From contig CAJUDV010000010.1 in assembly GCA_910585385.1 (NCBI GenBank), forward strand, positions 962 through 64,961: a stretch of DNA of 64,000 nucleotides, read 5' to 3'. This document shows, in pieces, positions 26,447-36,302 of the stretch. The notes under the pieces are model-generated. The model did no database searches and was not told the DNA's origin. It saw only the letters and a program-made list of their open reading frames with translations. This DNA comes from an uncultured Oscillibacter sp. GTDB taxonomy: Bacteria > Bacillota > Clostridia > Oscillospirales > Oscillospiraceae. Within the stretch, counting starts at the first letter, position 1, and every line of letters starts with the position of its first letter. Made by a program: the position numbers and the translations under genes.

Positions 26447-27205
26447 TCATTTCTCCGCCACGATGAGATAGCGGTGAATGGTTCCCCGGATCTCTCCCCG
26501 CGCTTCGATCTCCGCCTGCATGTCCAGCAGCTTTTCAAAGCACCGGTCCACGGAAAAGCCTGGAAACTCCCACTGGATGATCCGGGCAAACCAGACAAAG
26601 GCCCCCACGTCGTAGAAGAGAATGGGACGGTAAGCCTCCTCCGCCCGCAGAATCCGGAAGCCCGCCGCCTCGAACGCCGCCCGCTGCTCCGCCAGATTCA
26701 TGTGGGGAAAGGGCTTTTCCGCCTCCGGCAGCACCCGCTCCACCAGGTCCCGGTCATTTTCGCCGCCTACCTGCTCCGTGATGAACACGCCGCCCTTTCG
26801 CAGCAGCCGGAACAGCTCCGGGGCGTGGAAGGCGCCGTGGCGGTTGAGGATGCGGTCAAATGCTCCGTCCGGCCAGGGAATCACCGCGGGACCAGCGCAC
26901 GCCCGGAAGTCGATGCCCAAGGGCAAAAGCCGCTCCGCGCACAGCCGCACGTTGGGGGGATAACCCTCCGTCGCCGCCGTCCGGTCCGCCGGATGACGGA
27001 GGGACAGCAGAAACTCGCCGCCCCCGGTATCGCAGTCCAGCAGGGCGTCCTCCCGCCGCAGGTACTCCCGGACGATCTCTCTGTACGACCAGGGCAGATC
27101 CTGTTCCTCCTCAAACCTCCCGTGGATGTGGGAAAAGTCCCACCCACGGATCTGGGCCTGGTCCTCCTCCTCTCTCCAGGCCGCTCTCAGCCGGGATACA
27201 TCCAT
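26447..27205 (-). CDS. class I SAM-dependent methyltransferase
   Basis: Motif I LLDCDTGGGEF and post-I/II FDRILNRHGAF. Confidence 0.75.
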   Translation of the reverse strand: MDVSRLRAAWREEEDQAQIRGWDFSHIHGRFEEEQDLPWSYREIVREYLRREDALLDCDTGGGEFLLSLRHPADRTAATEGYPPNVRLCAERLLPLGIDFRACAGPAVIPWPDGAFDRILNRHGAFHAPELFRLLRKGGVFITEQVGGENDRDLVERVLPEAEKPFPHMNLAEQRAAFEAAGFRILRAEEAYRPILFYDVGAFVWFARIIQWEFPGFSVDRCFEKLLDMQAEIEARGEIRGTIHRYLIVAEK

Positions 27206-27416
27206 GGCTCCACTCCCCTCTCCCCGCGCCGCGGAGAAACTTTATTTTTTTGATTTTATCACAGAGGACACCGCGCCGTCAACGCGCGGCTCCGGGCCGA
27301 TTCTTTTTGCTGATGAAGCGGGACAGGGGCGCTGTTCGCCGCCCGGCGGGACTGGTCCCAGGGGCCTTACGCCCTCCCCGGCCCACTCCCTCCACCGCAG
27401 TTTCAGATGCGAAATC

Positions 27417-27752
27417 CTACGGAAACACGACCTGGACCAGCAGCATATACAAAACCGTTCCTCCGGCGATGGACAGCAGCACGTTCTCCCTCCAGCGGTG
27501 GAGCAGTCCCACCGCCAGTACCGCCAGCGCCTCCGGCGCGCCGTGAGTCGGCGCCGTCCAGCTCACATCTTTCAGGCAGTAGACCACCAGCAACCCCATC
27601 ATCGCCGCCGGCAGCAGGCGGCCCAAATCCGTCACCGCCTGCGGGGGCTTCCGGCTCTCCGGAAACAGCAAAAACGGCAGCCAGCGGGTCAGCTGGGTTC
27701 CGGCAGCCACCGCCAGAATCATGCACAAGGTCTCCAACGGCGTCAGGTACAC
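27417..27752 (-). CDS. azlD: branched-chain amino acid exporter small subunit AzlD
   Basis: GTG 27752 after GGGAGGGAGGAGG, overlapping the azlC stop. About 110 aa and hydrophobic (ILAVAAGTQLTRWLPFLLF). Lies in frame within ORF 27417-28307. Confidence 0.7.
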   Translation of the reverse strand: MYLTPLETLCMILAVAAGTQLTRWLPFLLFPESRKPPQAVTDLGRLLPAAMMGLLVVYCLKDVSWTAPTHGAPEALAVLAVGLLHRWRENVLLSIAGGTVLYMLLVQVVFP

Positions 27753-28438
27753 AGCCGCCTCCTCCCTCCCAGCAGCACGGCCAGCACCAAGGCCATGGCG
27801 GGAATCACCATATTCTCCGCCCCGCACACCGCCAGACTCACAGCGGCGCAGATGATACCGGCGGCTCCGGCAGGACGGTTCTCCCGCTTTTTCCACTGTT
27901 CCAGAAACAGCACCACAAAGAGCGCCGTCAGGGCGAAATCCATGCCCCGGGTGTTCACCGTGATGAAACCGCCCAGCAGCCCTCCGGCGGCGGTACCCAT
28001 CACCCAGTAAGCGTAGTCCAGCAGGGAGATATAGAGATAGTACCGCCTCTGATCGGTCCCCGGAGGCGGCTCCAGCGAGGATACCAGAGAGAAGGTCTCG
28101 TCGCACAGGGTATAGATCAAGACGGCCCGGACCCTTCCCAGGCCCCTGTACTTGTCCAACAGGGCCAATCCATAGAACATGTGCCGGGCGTTGACCATAA
28201 CGGACAGCAAAAACGCCTGGATGGGGTCGAAGGCGGCCGTCAGCAGCGTGATGGCCACAAACTGCATACTGCCGCCAAAGGCCACGGCGCTCATCAGTGT
28301 GGACCACAGAGGGCCGTAGCCCTTGGACCGCATGAGAACGCCATAGGCCAGGCCCAGGCAGAGAAAGCCCGTCATCACGGGGACAGTGGCCGGAAAAGCC
28401 GCCCGCAGGGCGGCGCGGCGGGGGGTGAGTTCCTTCAT
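27743..28438 (-). CDS. azlC: branched-chain amino acid exporter AzlC
   Basis: ATG 28438. AFPATVPVMTGFLCLGLAYGVL...GGSMQFV...MVNARHMFYG is the AzlC pattern. Confidence 0.8.
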   Translation of the reverse strand: MKELTPRRAALRAAFPATVPVMTGFLCLGLAYGVLMRSKGYGPLWSTLMSAVAFGGSMQFVAITLLTAAFDPIQAFLLSVMVNARHMFYGLALLDKYRGLGRVRAVLIYTLCDETFSLVSSLEPPPGTDQRRYYLYISLLDYAYWVMGTAAGGLLGGFITVNTRGMDFALTALFVVLFLEQWKKRENRPAGAAGIICAAVSLAVCGAENMVIPAMALVLAVLLGGRRRLCT

Positions 28439-28517
28439 GGCAGCTCCTGATATGTAAAGATTCCGCTTTTGATTTCCGGCGGAGGCGGTTCCACTCCTGT
28501 GGCCGTCCGTCCTCTCG

Positions 28518-28552
28518 GAAAAGGCGCTTTCCCCGCCCTGGGGCGGGGAAAG
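28518..28552 (-). terminator. rho-independent terminator of argS
   Basis: Minus strand reads CTTTCCCCGCC-ccag-GGCGGGGAAAG then CGCCTTTTCC. Confidence 0.6.
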
Positions 28553-28612
28553 CCGTCTTGCGCTTCCGGCCGCCCTCTTCACAAAAGGGCGGGGGAATTT
28601 CTCAGATGGTTC

Positions 28613-30358
28613 TTACATTTTTTCGGGAGCCTCTACGCCGATGAGCTTCAACCCGTTGCGCAGCACGATCCGGGCGCCGTCCGCCAGCTTCAGCCGGGCC
28701 GCCTGGAGTTTCGGCTCCTCCCCCTTAATGCGGCAGGCGGTGTAGAACCGGTGGAAACACCCCGCCAAGTCCTGGAGGCAGCGGTTGATGTGGCTGGGGT
28801 CGTAGCTCCGGGCGGAGAGCTTGATCTCCTCGCAGAACTGGGCCATCTGCTTGATGAGGGCCTTCTCCGTCTCCCCGGACAGCAGGGACATGTCCACGTC
28901 CGCCTGGGCGGGGACCGCCACCCCCTCCTCCGCCATGGCCCGCAGCAGCGAGCAGATCCGGGCGTGGGCGTACTCCACATAGTAAATGGGGTTCTCGCTG
29001 TCCTCCCGGACGGCCAGCCCCAGGTCAAACTCCATCTGGGTGTCCGGCTTGGCGTTGAAGAACCACCGGGCGGCGTCCACGGGGATCTCGTCCAGCAGGT
29101 CCGAGAGGCTGATGGCCTTGCCGGTGCGCTTGCTCATGCGCACCACGTCGCCATCCCGCAGCAGCTTCACCAGCTGCATGAGGACGATGTCCAGCCGCTC
29201 CGTGCCGTTGAGGCCCAGAGCGTCCAGAGCGCCTTTCAGCCGGGCCACGTGGCCGTGGTGGTCCGCGCCCCAGATGTTGATCACCCGGTCAAAGCCCCGG
29301 ACGGCGAACTTGTTGCGGTGGTAGGCGATGTCGGCGGCGAAGTAGGTGTAGAAGCCGTTGGCCCGGCGGAGCACGTCGTCCTTCAAATCCAGCTTTTCAA
29401 CGTCCTTCTCCCGCTTCCCCGCTTTGAGCAGGTTCTCCCGGATGATGTCCGCGGTTTTCAGCCACAGGGCCCCCTCTTTTTCATAGGTCCAGCCCCGGTC
29501 CGCCAGCAACTGGACCGTCTCGGCCACATAGCCGCTGTCGTGGAGGGTGGACTCGTAGAACCAGTTGTCGTACTCAATCTTGTACCGCTGGAGATCGCTC
29601 TTCATCTTGGGCAGGTTTACGGAGAGGCCGTACTGGGCCAGGGCCGCCTGCCGCTCCGCCTCCGGGGCCTGGTCCAGCTTCTCCCCGTTTTGCTCGTAGT
29701 AGGTCCGGGCCAGGTCCCGGATGTCCTCTCCCTGATAGCCGTCCTCCGGGAAGGGCACCGCGTCCTCTCCCCGGATGAGCTGGAGGTACCGGGCCTCGAT
29801 GGAGTGGGCGAACTTGTCGATCTGGTGCCCCGCGTCGTTGACGTAGAACTCCCGGGTCACCTCCGCCCCGGAGGCGGAGAGCACCGCCGCCAGGGTGTCC
29901 CCCAGCACGCCGCCCCGGGCGTTGCCCATGTGCATGGGGCCGGTGGGATTGGCGGAGACGAACTCCACCATGATCTTCTGCCCTCTCAGGCTGTCGTTGG
30001 TGCCGTACTCCGGCCCCTCGCTCTCCACGGCGGCGCAGACGCCCTCATACCACCCCTGGCCCAGACGGAAGTTCAAAAAGCCGGGACCGGCGATCTCGGC
30101 GGAGGCAAAGCAGGTGCCCGCCAGGTCCATGTGGTCCAGCAGGGCCTGGGCAATATCCCGGGGGCTCCTGCCCAGGGCTTTGGCCGCCGCCAGGGCGAAG
30201 GTGGTGGAGAAATCGCCGTTGGCGGTGTCCTTGGGAATCTCCACCGGGGCGGTCTTCACCTCCGCCCGGGGCAGCGTCCCGTCCGCCGCCGCGGCCTGGT
30301 AGGCCTCCATGGCCAGCGCCGCGGCCTGGTCTTTCGCGTTTTGAATCATGTTAATCAT
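28613..30358 (-). CDS. argS: arginine--tRNA ligase
   Basis: SANPTGPMHMGNARGG (HIGH region), MSKRTG (KMSK) and DALR-type C-terminus. RBS AAAGAGG. Confidence 0.93.
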   Translation of the reverse strand: MINMIQNAKDQAAALAMEAYQAAAADGTLPRAEVKTAPVEIPKDTANGDFSTTFALAAAKALGRSPRDIAQALLDHMDLAGTCFASAEIAGPGFLNFRLGQGWYEGVCAAVESEGPEYGTNDSLRGQKIMVEFVSANPTGPMHMGNARGGVLGDTLAAVLSASGAEVTREFYVNDAGHQIDKFAHSIEARYLQLIRGEDAVPFPEDGYQGEDIRDLARTYYEQNGEKLDQAPEAERQAALAQYGLSVNLPKMKSDLQRYKIEYDNWFYESTLHDSGYVAETVQLLADRGWTYEKEGALWLKTADIIRENLLKAGKREKDVEKLDLKDDVLRRANGFYTYFAADIAYHRNKFAVRGFDRVINIWGADHHGHVARLKGALDALGLNGTERLDIVLMQLVKLLRDGDVVRMSKRTGKAISLSDLLDEIPVDAARWFFNAKPDTQMEFDLGLAVREDSENPIYYVEYAHARICSLLRAMAEEGVAVPAQADVDMSLLSGETEKALIKQMAQFCEEIKLSARSYDPSHINRCLQDLAGCFHRFYTACRIKGEEPKLQAARLKLADGARIVLRNGLKLIGVEAPEKM

Positions 30359-30512
30359 CGTCCGTGCCTCTTTCGTGTATATTCAAAATTTATCATCTCT
30401 CCTGACAACTCCGGCGTTGGTGCCGGGCCGCCGTGGGCGGCGGCTTCCATCGGTAAAGCAGCGCGCCGGGCACCAGCCCGCCGTCGTCCCGGCCCGCGGC
30501 CGGAAAACTCCC

Positions 30513-30932
30513 CTATCTCCGCCGGACGCGGATCTTAAAACAATTTCGCCCGGTGACGGTGTGCTCCACAGCAATGGAGTATTTAATCTCCATCACCCCG
30601 CCCCGGTCGGTGAGGTTGTGCCGCAGACGGCTGGTCTGAATATCCACCGTCAGCTCCCCCACGGGAGTCTCGTACAGCGACGTGTGCTGCCGTCCCTCCT
30701 CAAAGATCATCTGGGAATTCACTCCGCCGCTGCGGGTCAGAATCACCTGGGGGCCGCGGACCTCAAAGGTGGTGGTGGTCCCCTCCATGCCGGTGAGGGC
30801 GCTCTCCTCGTAGGAGAGGACCATCCCCTCCGGCGTCACCGCCATGGAGCCCTCGGTCATCAGCTCCGTGGCGTCGGGGTCAGCGCCGTCAAAGTACTGC
30901 TCCCCCCGGATGGACAGCAGCACCGGCACCAT
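30513..30932 (-). CDS. DUF1934 (YwiB-like) beta-barrel protein
   Basis: ATG 30932 (MVPVLLSIRGEQYFDG...). About 139 aa. Sits directly upstream of argS, as in many Firmicutes. Confidence 0.7.
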   Translation of the reverse strand: MVPVLLSIRGEQYFDGADPDATELMTEGSMAVTPEGMVLSYEESALTGMEGTTTTFEVRGPQVILTRSGGVNSQMIFEEGRQHTSLYETPVGELTVDIQTSRLRHNLTDRGGVMEIKYSIAVEHTVTGRNCFKIRVRRR

Positions 30933-30939
30933 GTTCTCT

Positions 30940-31755
30940 TCAATATTCGTCAATGTTGATCCTCCGTGCCGCGTGATGCAGGTTCTCCCGCAAAAACAGC
31001 GACGCCATTTCCTCAAAGTTCTCCGGGGTGTCGCTGACATAGAAGGAGGCCTCCCCCCGGCGGTCCTCCGGCCCCCGGAGCCCCTGGGCCTTCAAAAGCC
31101 GCTTGAGCTCAAAGGCGGACTCCTCCCCGGCGGATACCAGCGCCACCTGGGGTCCGCAGATGTCCCCGATGATCTCCTCCAGCAGCGGGTAGTGGGTGCA
31201 GCCCAGAATCAGCGTGTCGATGCCGGTCTCCAGCAGCGGCTCCAGGTACTCCCGGGCCACGGTCTCAATCACCGCGTCCCCCCGGTTTACGCGCCCGTTC
31301 TCCACCAGCGGCACAAACAGGGGGCAGGGCTTTCCGTAGACCTCCACCGCCGGGTCCAGCCGCCGCAGGGCCGCCTCGTAGGCGCCGGAGCGGATGGAGG
31401 CCAGCGTGGCGATGACGCCCACCTTCTTCCGCTTCGTCACCAGCAGCGCCCGGCGGCAGGTGGGCTCCACCACCCCCACGATGGGCAGGGCGTTTTCCGC
31501 CTGGAGGGCCTCCAGGGACGTGGTGGACACCGTGCCGCAGGCGATGAGGATGGCCTTGAGGTCAAAGCTCCGGAGAAACCGGACGTCCTGCCGGGCGTAT
31601 TTCAAAAGGGTCTCCCGGGCCCGCCCGCCGTAGGGCACCCGGGCGGTGTCTCCAAAGTAGATGAGGTTCTCCTCAGGCAGAATCTCCCGCAGGGAGCGCA
31701 CCGCCGTCAGTCCCCCCAGGCCTGAGTCAAACACGCCGATGGGCCGCATATCCAT
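30940..31755 (-). CDS. murI: glutamate racemase
   Basis: IGVFDSGLGGLTAV, YFGDTARVPYG, ACGTVS and LGCTHYPLL. Confidence 0.92.
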   Translation of the reverse strand: MDMRPIGVFDSGLGGLTAVRSLREILPEENLIYFGDTARVPYGGRARETLLKYARQDVRFLRSFDLKAILIACGTVSTTSLEALQAENALPIVGVVEPTCRRALLVTKRKKVGVIATLASIRSGAYEAALRRLDPAVEVYGKPCPLFVPLVENGRVNRGDAVIETVAREYLEPLLETGIDTLILGCTHYPLLEEIIGDICGPQVALVSAGEESAFELKRLLKAQGLRGPEDRRGEASFYVSDTPENFEEMASLFLRENLHHAARRINIDEY

Positions 31756-31951
31756 AAGTAAGCTCCTTACCAACCGTGATTTTCCGCTTTCCGCGCCGGA
31801 CGCACACCGGACGCCAGGATTATATATTATACTATGATAAGGAGGCGGCCGCAAGACAGATTTTAGTCTTTTTTCCCGCTTTTTTATATAGCTTTTCCCA
31901 AAGGGATTTGTTATAATCATACCGGCTATTTTATTGGGGAGGTGTCCGCCC

Positions 31952-32365
31952 GTGAAGATCGAGCTGACAGAGCAGCAGTACCGCTATCTGCTGGATCTCG
32001 TTTACATAGGAAACTGGGTCATCAACTCCACCCGGGAGAACGACCGCATCCGGGAGTACGACGAGGTGGAGAGCCTGGTGTTTTCCCACTGCCTGCGGCA
32101 CAGGATGCCCAAGCTGGTGGAGCTGTACCAGGGGGACCTGATCCCCTCCCGGGCCTACGCCGACGGCGGCATTCACGAGGCCATCGAGCGGTACGAGGAC
32201 ATTGTGTTCTATGAGATTCTGGCGGAGGAGCTGGCCCTGCGGGACATGGACGGCGAGCCCCTGACCCGGGAGAACTACGCCGAGCTGATGGACCGCATCG
32301 ACGTCTACCTCAACGAGTTTGACGAGCACGGCACGGACAACATCTCCGTGGATTTGGATCAATGA
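31952..32365 (+). CDS. acidic hypothetical protein
   Basis: GTG 31952 after GGGGAGG (9-nt spacing). GC3-rich frame. No family recognised. Confidence 0.55.
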   Translation: MKIELTEQQYRYLLDLVYIGNWVINSTRENDRIREYDEVESLVFSHCLRHRMPKLVELYQGDLIPSRAYADGGIHEAIERYEDIVFYEILAEELALRDMDGEPLTRENYAELMDRIDVYLNEFDEHGTDNISVDLDQ

Positions 32366-32372
32366 AAGAGGA

Positions 32373-32396
32373 GGGGCGGCGCGCCGCCCCTTTTTC
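32373..32396 (+). terminator. rho-independent terminator
   Basis: GGGGCGGCGCGCCGCCCC followed by TTTTT. Confidence 0.7.
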
Positions 32397-32522
32397 GCGC
32401 CCGGAATTCCCCAAAAGCGCGCCCGCCGCCTCTCCCCCGGCGGCGGACCGGGCCCCTTCCGCCCCGGGAACCTCAAATTTTCAGAGTTTGCGCGCCGCAC
32501 AGGCGGAAACGCAAAAAAGGAC

Positions 32523-32553
32523 TTGACATGGAGCGGACTCCATGGGATACAAT
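32523..32553 (+). promoter_or_regulatory. promoter candidate with embedded 7-bp palindrome
   Basis: TTGACA (32523-32528), 19 nt, TACAAT (32548-32553). CATGGAG-cgga-CTCCATG (32527-32544) lies in the spacer. Confidence 0.4.
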
Positions 32554-32590
32554 AGACTGGAGAACACCAACAGGAAAAGGAGAACGACAC

Positions 32591-33709
32591 ATGGCTGAAA
32601 AATCCAAGGTCTATTTCGCGGACTTCCGCTGCCCCAGCTGGCGGGAGAACCTGCCCCAGAAGCTGGCCCGGCTGATGATGTCCGCCGGGTTCGGCGAGAT
32701 CGACATGGAGGACAAGTACGTCGCCGTCAAAATGCACTTCGGCGAGCCGGGGAACCTGGCCTACCTGCGGCCCAACTGGGCCAGGGCCGTGGCGGACCTC
32801 ATCAAGAGCCAGGGAGGCAGGCCCTTCCTGACGGACGCCAACACCCTGTACGTAGGCGGGCGGAAAAACGCCCTGGACCACATCGACTCCGCCTATGTCA
32901 ACGGCTTCACCCCCTACTCCACCGGCTGTCACATCATCATCGCCGACGGGCTCAAGGGCACTGACGAGGTCTCCGTCCCCGTGAAGGGGGGCGAGTACGT
33001 CAAAGAGGCCAAGATCGGCCGGGCGGTGATGGACGCGGACGTGTTCGTCAGCCTCACCCACTTCAAGGGCCACGAGCAGGCCGGCATGGGCGGGTGCCTC
33101 AAGAACATCGGCATGGGCTGCGGCTCCCGGGCGGGCAAGATGGAGCAGCACAACTCCGGCAAGCCCTTTGTGAAGGAGAAAAAGTGCATCGGCTGCAAGG
33201 CCTGCGCCAAAATCTGCGCCCACGGCGCGCCCCAGTTCGGCCCCGACGGCAAGGCCAGCATCGACACGGACAAATGCGTGGGCTGCGGCCGGTGCCTGGC
33301 GGTGTGCCCCAAGGACGCCATCGACTGCCTCTACGACGAGGCCCCCGCCATCCTCAACAGGAAGATCGCCGAGTACACCAAGGCCGTGGTGGACGGCCGC
33401 CCCTGCTTCCACGTCTCCCTGGTGCTGGACATCTCCCCCAACTGCGACTGCCACGGTGAGAACGACGTGCCCATCGCCCCGGACGTGGGGATGTTCGCCT
33501 CCTTTGACCCCGTGGCGCTGGACCAGGCCTGCGCCGACGCGGTGCTGGCCCTGCCCGCCGCCCCGGGTTCCGCCCTCTTTGACGAGGGCTGCCCCTGCGA
33601 CAAGGACCACTTCAAGGCCGCCCACCCGGACACGGACTGGGAGACCTGCCTGGAGCACGCCGAGAAGCTGGGCCTGGGGAGCCGGGAGTATGAGCTGGTG
33701 AAAATCTAA
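32591..33709 (+). CDS. DUF362 domain protein with 2x[4Fe-4S] ferredoxin insert
   Basis: RBS AAAAGGAG. VAVKMHFGEPGN...FLTDANTLY...THFKGH (DUF362). CIGCKACAKIC and CVGCGRCLAVCP. Confidence 0.8.
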   Translation: MAEKSKVYFADFRCPSWRENLPQKLARLMMSAGFGEIDMEDKYVAVKMHFGEPGNLAYLRPNWARAVADLIKSQGGRPFLTDANTLYVGGRKNALDHIDSAYVNGFTPYSTGCHIIIADGLKGTDEVSVPVKGGEYVKEAKIGRAVMDADVFVSLTHFKGHEQAGMGGCLKNIGMGCGSRAGKMEQHNSGKPFVKEKKCIGCKACAKICAHGAPQFGPDGKASIDTDKCVGCGRCLAVCPKDAIDCLYDEAPAILNRKIAEYTKAVVDGRPCFHVSLVLDISPNCDCHGENDVPIAPDVGMFASFDPVALDQACADAVLALPAAPGSALFDEGCPCDKDHFKAAHPDTDWETCLEHAEKLGLGSREYELVKI

Positions 33710-33731
33710 CATTTACCCTGAAAATGAAGAC

Positions 33732-33770
33732 GGCGCCCGGAAAGCTCCCTGCTTTCCGGGCGCCGCTTTG
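33732..33770. terminator. bidirectional terminator
   Basis: GGCGCCCGGAAAG-ctccctg-CTTTCCGGGCGCC then GCTTTG. Confidence 0.65.
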
Positions 33771-33781
33771 ACGTTCTCCGG

Positions 33782-34114
33782 TCACTCCGCGTCTTCCAGA
33801 TACGTGAAAATACTGCGCAGGACATTGATCGCCATTTGTTTCCGCTTCAAAGGCTGGCAGTCTATGACCTGCTTGAACTGTGCCATAATGTTGGCGTTGC
33901 TGTTTGTCACAGGGTCAGACAACAAATAGTCCACCGTACCGCCAAGACGGTTGACCAGCCTTACCAGCGTGTCTAAAATCAGGCTCCGCTCTCCCCGCTC
34001 GATAGCACCCATATAGGTATCCGAGATGCCGGCGTTTTCCGCAAGCTGGGTCTGTGTGAGGTTCAGCCGCAGCCGCTCCGTCCGGATTCGCTCTCCTAAC
34101 TTCTTATAGTCCAT
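33782..34114 (-). CDS. XRE family transcriptional regulator
   Basis: LGERIRTERLRLNLTQTQLAENAGISDTYMGAIERGER is an HTH_3 motif. The gene is visibly lower in G+C than its flanks. Confidence 0.8.
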   Translation of the reverse strand: MDYKKLGERIRTERLRLNLTQTQLAENAGISDTYMGAIERGERSLILDTLVRLVNRLGGTVDYLLSDPVTNSNANIMAQFKQVIDCQPLKRKQMAINVLRSIFTYLEDAE

Positions 34115-34280
34115 GCAATCACCCCTGTTATGTATTTTACAAGGGTCGTCCGATCAGCCGGAAATATCTATACGGGGTATTTATATTTACTATACAGGGT
34201 TTTAGCGGAACAATCGCTTGTACCGGAAGCATACCGCCGGAACAAACGTACATAAAACAGGCGAAGGGCGGAAATACGGC

Positions 34281-34478
34281 ATGAAAATTCTGGGCGTCGT
34301 TATCTTCGTTATCGCGCTCGCAGTTTCATCGGCCATCGTCAATGGAGCACAGCGGTTGTTTATGAGGCTGATTGGCGCGGTAACCATGTTCTTTAACGGA
34401 AAAGCCAAGCTGTTTGCAATCGTCTTTATTGCAATGGTCATTGCCGCACCTATTATGAATCTGTTTGGCATCATCTAA
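34281..34478 (+). CDS. 65-aa two-TM hydrophobic peptide
   Basis: ATG 34281 (MKILGVVIFVIALAVSS...FAIVFIAMVIAAPIMNLFGII). Divergent from the XRE gene, in the same low-G+C islet. Weak RBS. Confidence 0.4.
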   Translation: MKILGVVIFVIALAVSSAIVNGAQRLFMRLIGAVTMFFNGKAKLFAIVFIAMVIAAPIMNLFGII

Positions 34479-34542
34479 ACCTGGCACAGCGGAAAAGCGG
34501 CACGGGGAGGCAGACCGGCCCTGCGGCCTGAAATGACAACGC

Positions 34543-34581
34543 AAGGACCTGGGATGGGCTGTGCCCATCCCAGGTCCTTTT
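34543..34581. terminator. bidirectional terminator
   Basis: AAGGACCTGGGATGGG-ctgtg-CCCATCCCAGGTCCTT, a perfect 16-bp stem. Confidence 0.75.
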
Positions 34582-35752
34582 ACGCCTCTTTCTCTCTCTT
34601 TTTCGCGCCCTTTTTCCGCACGGCCCGCCGCTTCTCCGTCTCCTCCTGAATTCCCTCCAGGGTCATCAGCAGGTTGCTCTTAAAGAGCAGCCCCATGAAG
34701 TTCAAAAGGCCGTCCCGGGTCTCCTTGTCCAGGTCCTTCATGGCCTTCACCATGGCCCCCGCCGCCTTGAAGGAGTCCGCCTTCAAATCCTTCAGCGTCA
34801 CCGCGCCGGAGGCGGAGAGCACGTCGAAGAGGGCGGAGACGAATTCCTCCCGCCGCTCCACCGGCATGCCGTGGACCCACTCCCGCAGTGCCATGTCGCT
34901 GAGGCGGGCCTGGCGGGTCACCTGGCGGAGGGTGACAAAATGGTCCCCCATCACCTGCCAGGAGAAGCCGTCGTGCTGCAAAAAGCCCAGCTGGTCGCTG
35001 TCCACCACAGCGTAGTCCTCCTCGTGCTCCAAGAGCATCCCCACCACCGAGGACTTTGGCACGATGGAGTAAATCCGCTCCGCGATTCGCTTGTGCTCCG
35101 GCAGGTCCAAAAGGTCCTCGTGGAACCCGGGGCCGTCGTTGGACCAGACGGCCTCGATCCGCCGCTGCACCGCCGCCGGGCAGAACACCCCGGCGTACAC
35201 CGCCAGGTTCCCCCCCTTGGAGTGGCCCCCCAGCCGGAGGCGCCGCCGGGGATACTGCCCCGCCACATCCCGGACGTAGTCCACCGCCTTCTTCTGGGCG
35301 GGAACCTCCGGCATACAGGCCAGCTCAAAGTCCTCCTTCCACCCCGCCAGGGTGTCGTCCGTCCCCCGGAAGGAGAGGTACAGCAATCCGTCCCCGGTCT
35401 CGATGGTCAGTGCCGCGAACTGCTCTCCCCTGCCCACGTCCAGGTGGTCCACAAAGCAGTTCAGGCCCATGTCCCCGAAGCGGCGGGAGGCGGCCATCTT
35501 CTCCAGCATCTCCGGAATGGCGCCGGGCACCAGCACGCCCATGTCGATCTTCTCCCCCGCCGGAAAACGGGCCAGAAAGGATTCCGCCGCCTTCGCCAGG
35601 GGGACGCTCTCCCCCTCCCCCACGCCGGGGACGATGCCCTGGAAGTCCACGAAGGACAGCTCCGCCAGAATCAGGTTATCCACCTCGTTAAAGGGGGACT
35701 GGGCCAGCGTCAGGTCCCCCCGCCAGTCCAGATAATCCATCAGGTTCGCCAT
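34580..35752 (-). CDS. DUF2974 (Mbeg1-like) alpha/beta hydrolase-fold protein
   Basis: ATG 35752 after AAGGAG. MANLMDYLDWRGDLT...LSFRGTDDTLAGWKEDF...LGGHSKGGNLA (lipase-3-like nucleophile elbow). Confidence 0.75.
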   Translation of the reverse strand: MANLMDYLDWRGDLTLAQSPFNEVDNLILAELSFVDFQGIVPGVGEGESVPLAKAAESFLARFPAGEKIDMGVLVPGAIPEMLEKMAASRRFGDMGLNCFVDHLDVGRGEQFAALTIETGDGLLYLSFRGTDDTLAGWKEDFELACMPEVPAQKKAVDYVRDVAGQYPRRRLRLGGHSKGGNLAVYAGVFCPAAVQRRIEAVWSNDGPGFHEDLLDLPEHKRIAERIYSIVPKSSVVGMLLEHEEDYAVVDSDQLGFLQHDGFSWQVMGDHFVTLRQVTRQARLSDMALREWVHGMPVERREEFVSALFDVLSASGAVTLKDLKADSFKAAGAMVKAMKDLDKETRDGLLNFMGLLFKSNLLMTLEGIQEETEKRRAVRKKGAKKREKEA

Positions 35753-35935
35753 AGTACGCTCCTTCATCCGTGATCTTACCGCTTATTATATCCCGGTTTT
35801 TTCCATCTTACAAGAGGGCGGCGGATTGGAATTTTTTCTCACTCCGCGGAATGATTTCTCATTTTCCGCCGCTTTATGAACTAATTATACAGAAATAAAC
35901 CTCCCTCTATGAAAAAGTTCTAACAAAAACGCCCA

Positions 35936-35964
35936 TTGACTTCCGGCCGGCGCTTCTGTACAAT
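35936..35964 (+). promoter_or_regulatory. strong sigma-70-type promoter
   Basis: TTGACT (35936-35941), 17 nt, TG-TACAAT (35957-35964). Confidence 0.6.
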
Positions 35965-36005
35965 ATGAGAAAATGAAACAGGAGTTTTCGGAAAGGAGCC
36001 GGGCA

Positions 36006-36275
36006 ATGACCGCTATGGGTATGTACAGCGTGGATATGATGTCTCATCGGGCGTCCGCCGGCTCCATGGACGCCTCTGCTTCTCATACGCATTGCGCCTG
36101 CGCGCGCGCCGCTTTCCGCACTGTCATTATGATTCTGGACGCCATGATTCTGGCGTCCATTTTTGTTGTAATTTCCCTGGTAATTCTGGGCGGCCTGGTG
36201 AATTCTCTGGTACTGGCTGTTCTGGTTTTGCTGGCGGTCCTGCTGGTTTTTCCCCCAAATACGCCCAAGAGGTAA
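36006..36275 (+). CDS. small hypothetical membrane protein (89 aa)
   Basis: ATG 36006 after AAAGGAG. C-terminal hydrophobic stretch ILDAMILASIFVVISLVILGGLVNSLVLAVLVLLAVLLVF. No homology recognised. Confidence 0.3.
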   Translation: MTAMGMYSVDMMSHRASAGSMDASASHTHCACARAAFRTVIMILDAMILASIFVVISLVILGGLVNSLVLAVLVLLAVLLVFPPNTPKR

Positions 36276-36302
36276 GTCGCGTTCCATCAGATGGACAGCA
36301 AT

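Noticed and set aside
30359-30512. T-box leader upstream of argS
   Set aside because: The gap is only ~150 nt, there is no GGGTGGTACCGCG-like box or specifier context, and DUF1934-argS is probably co-transcribed.
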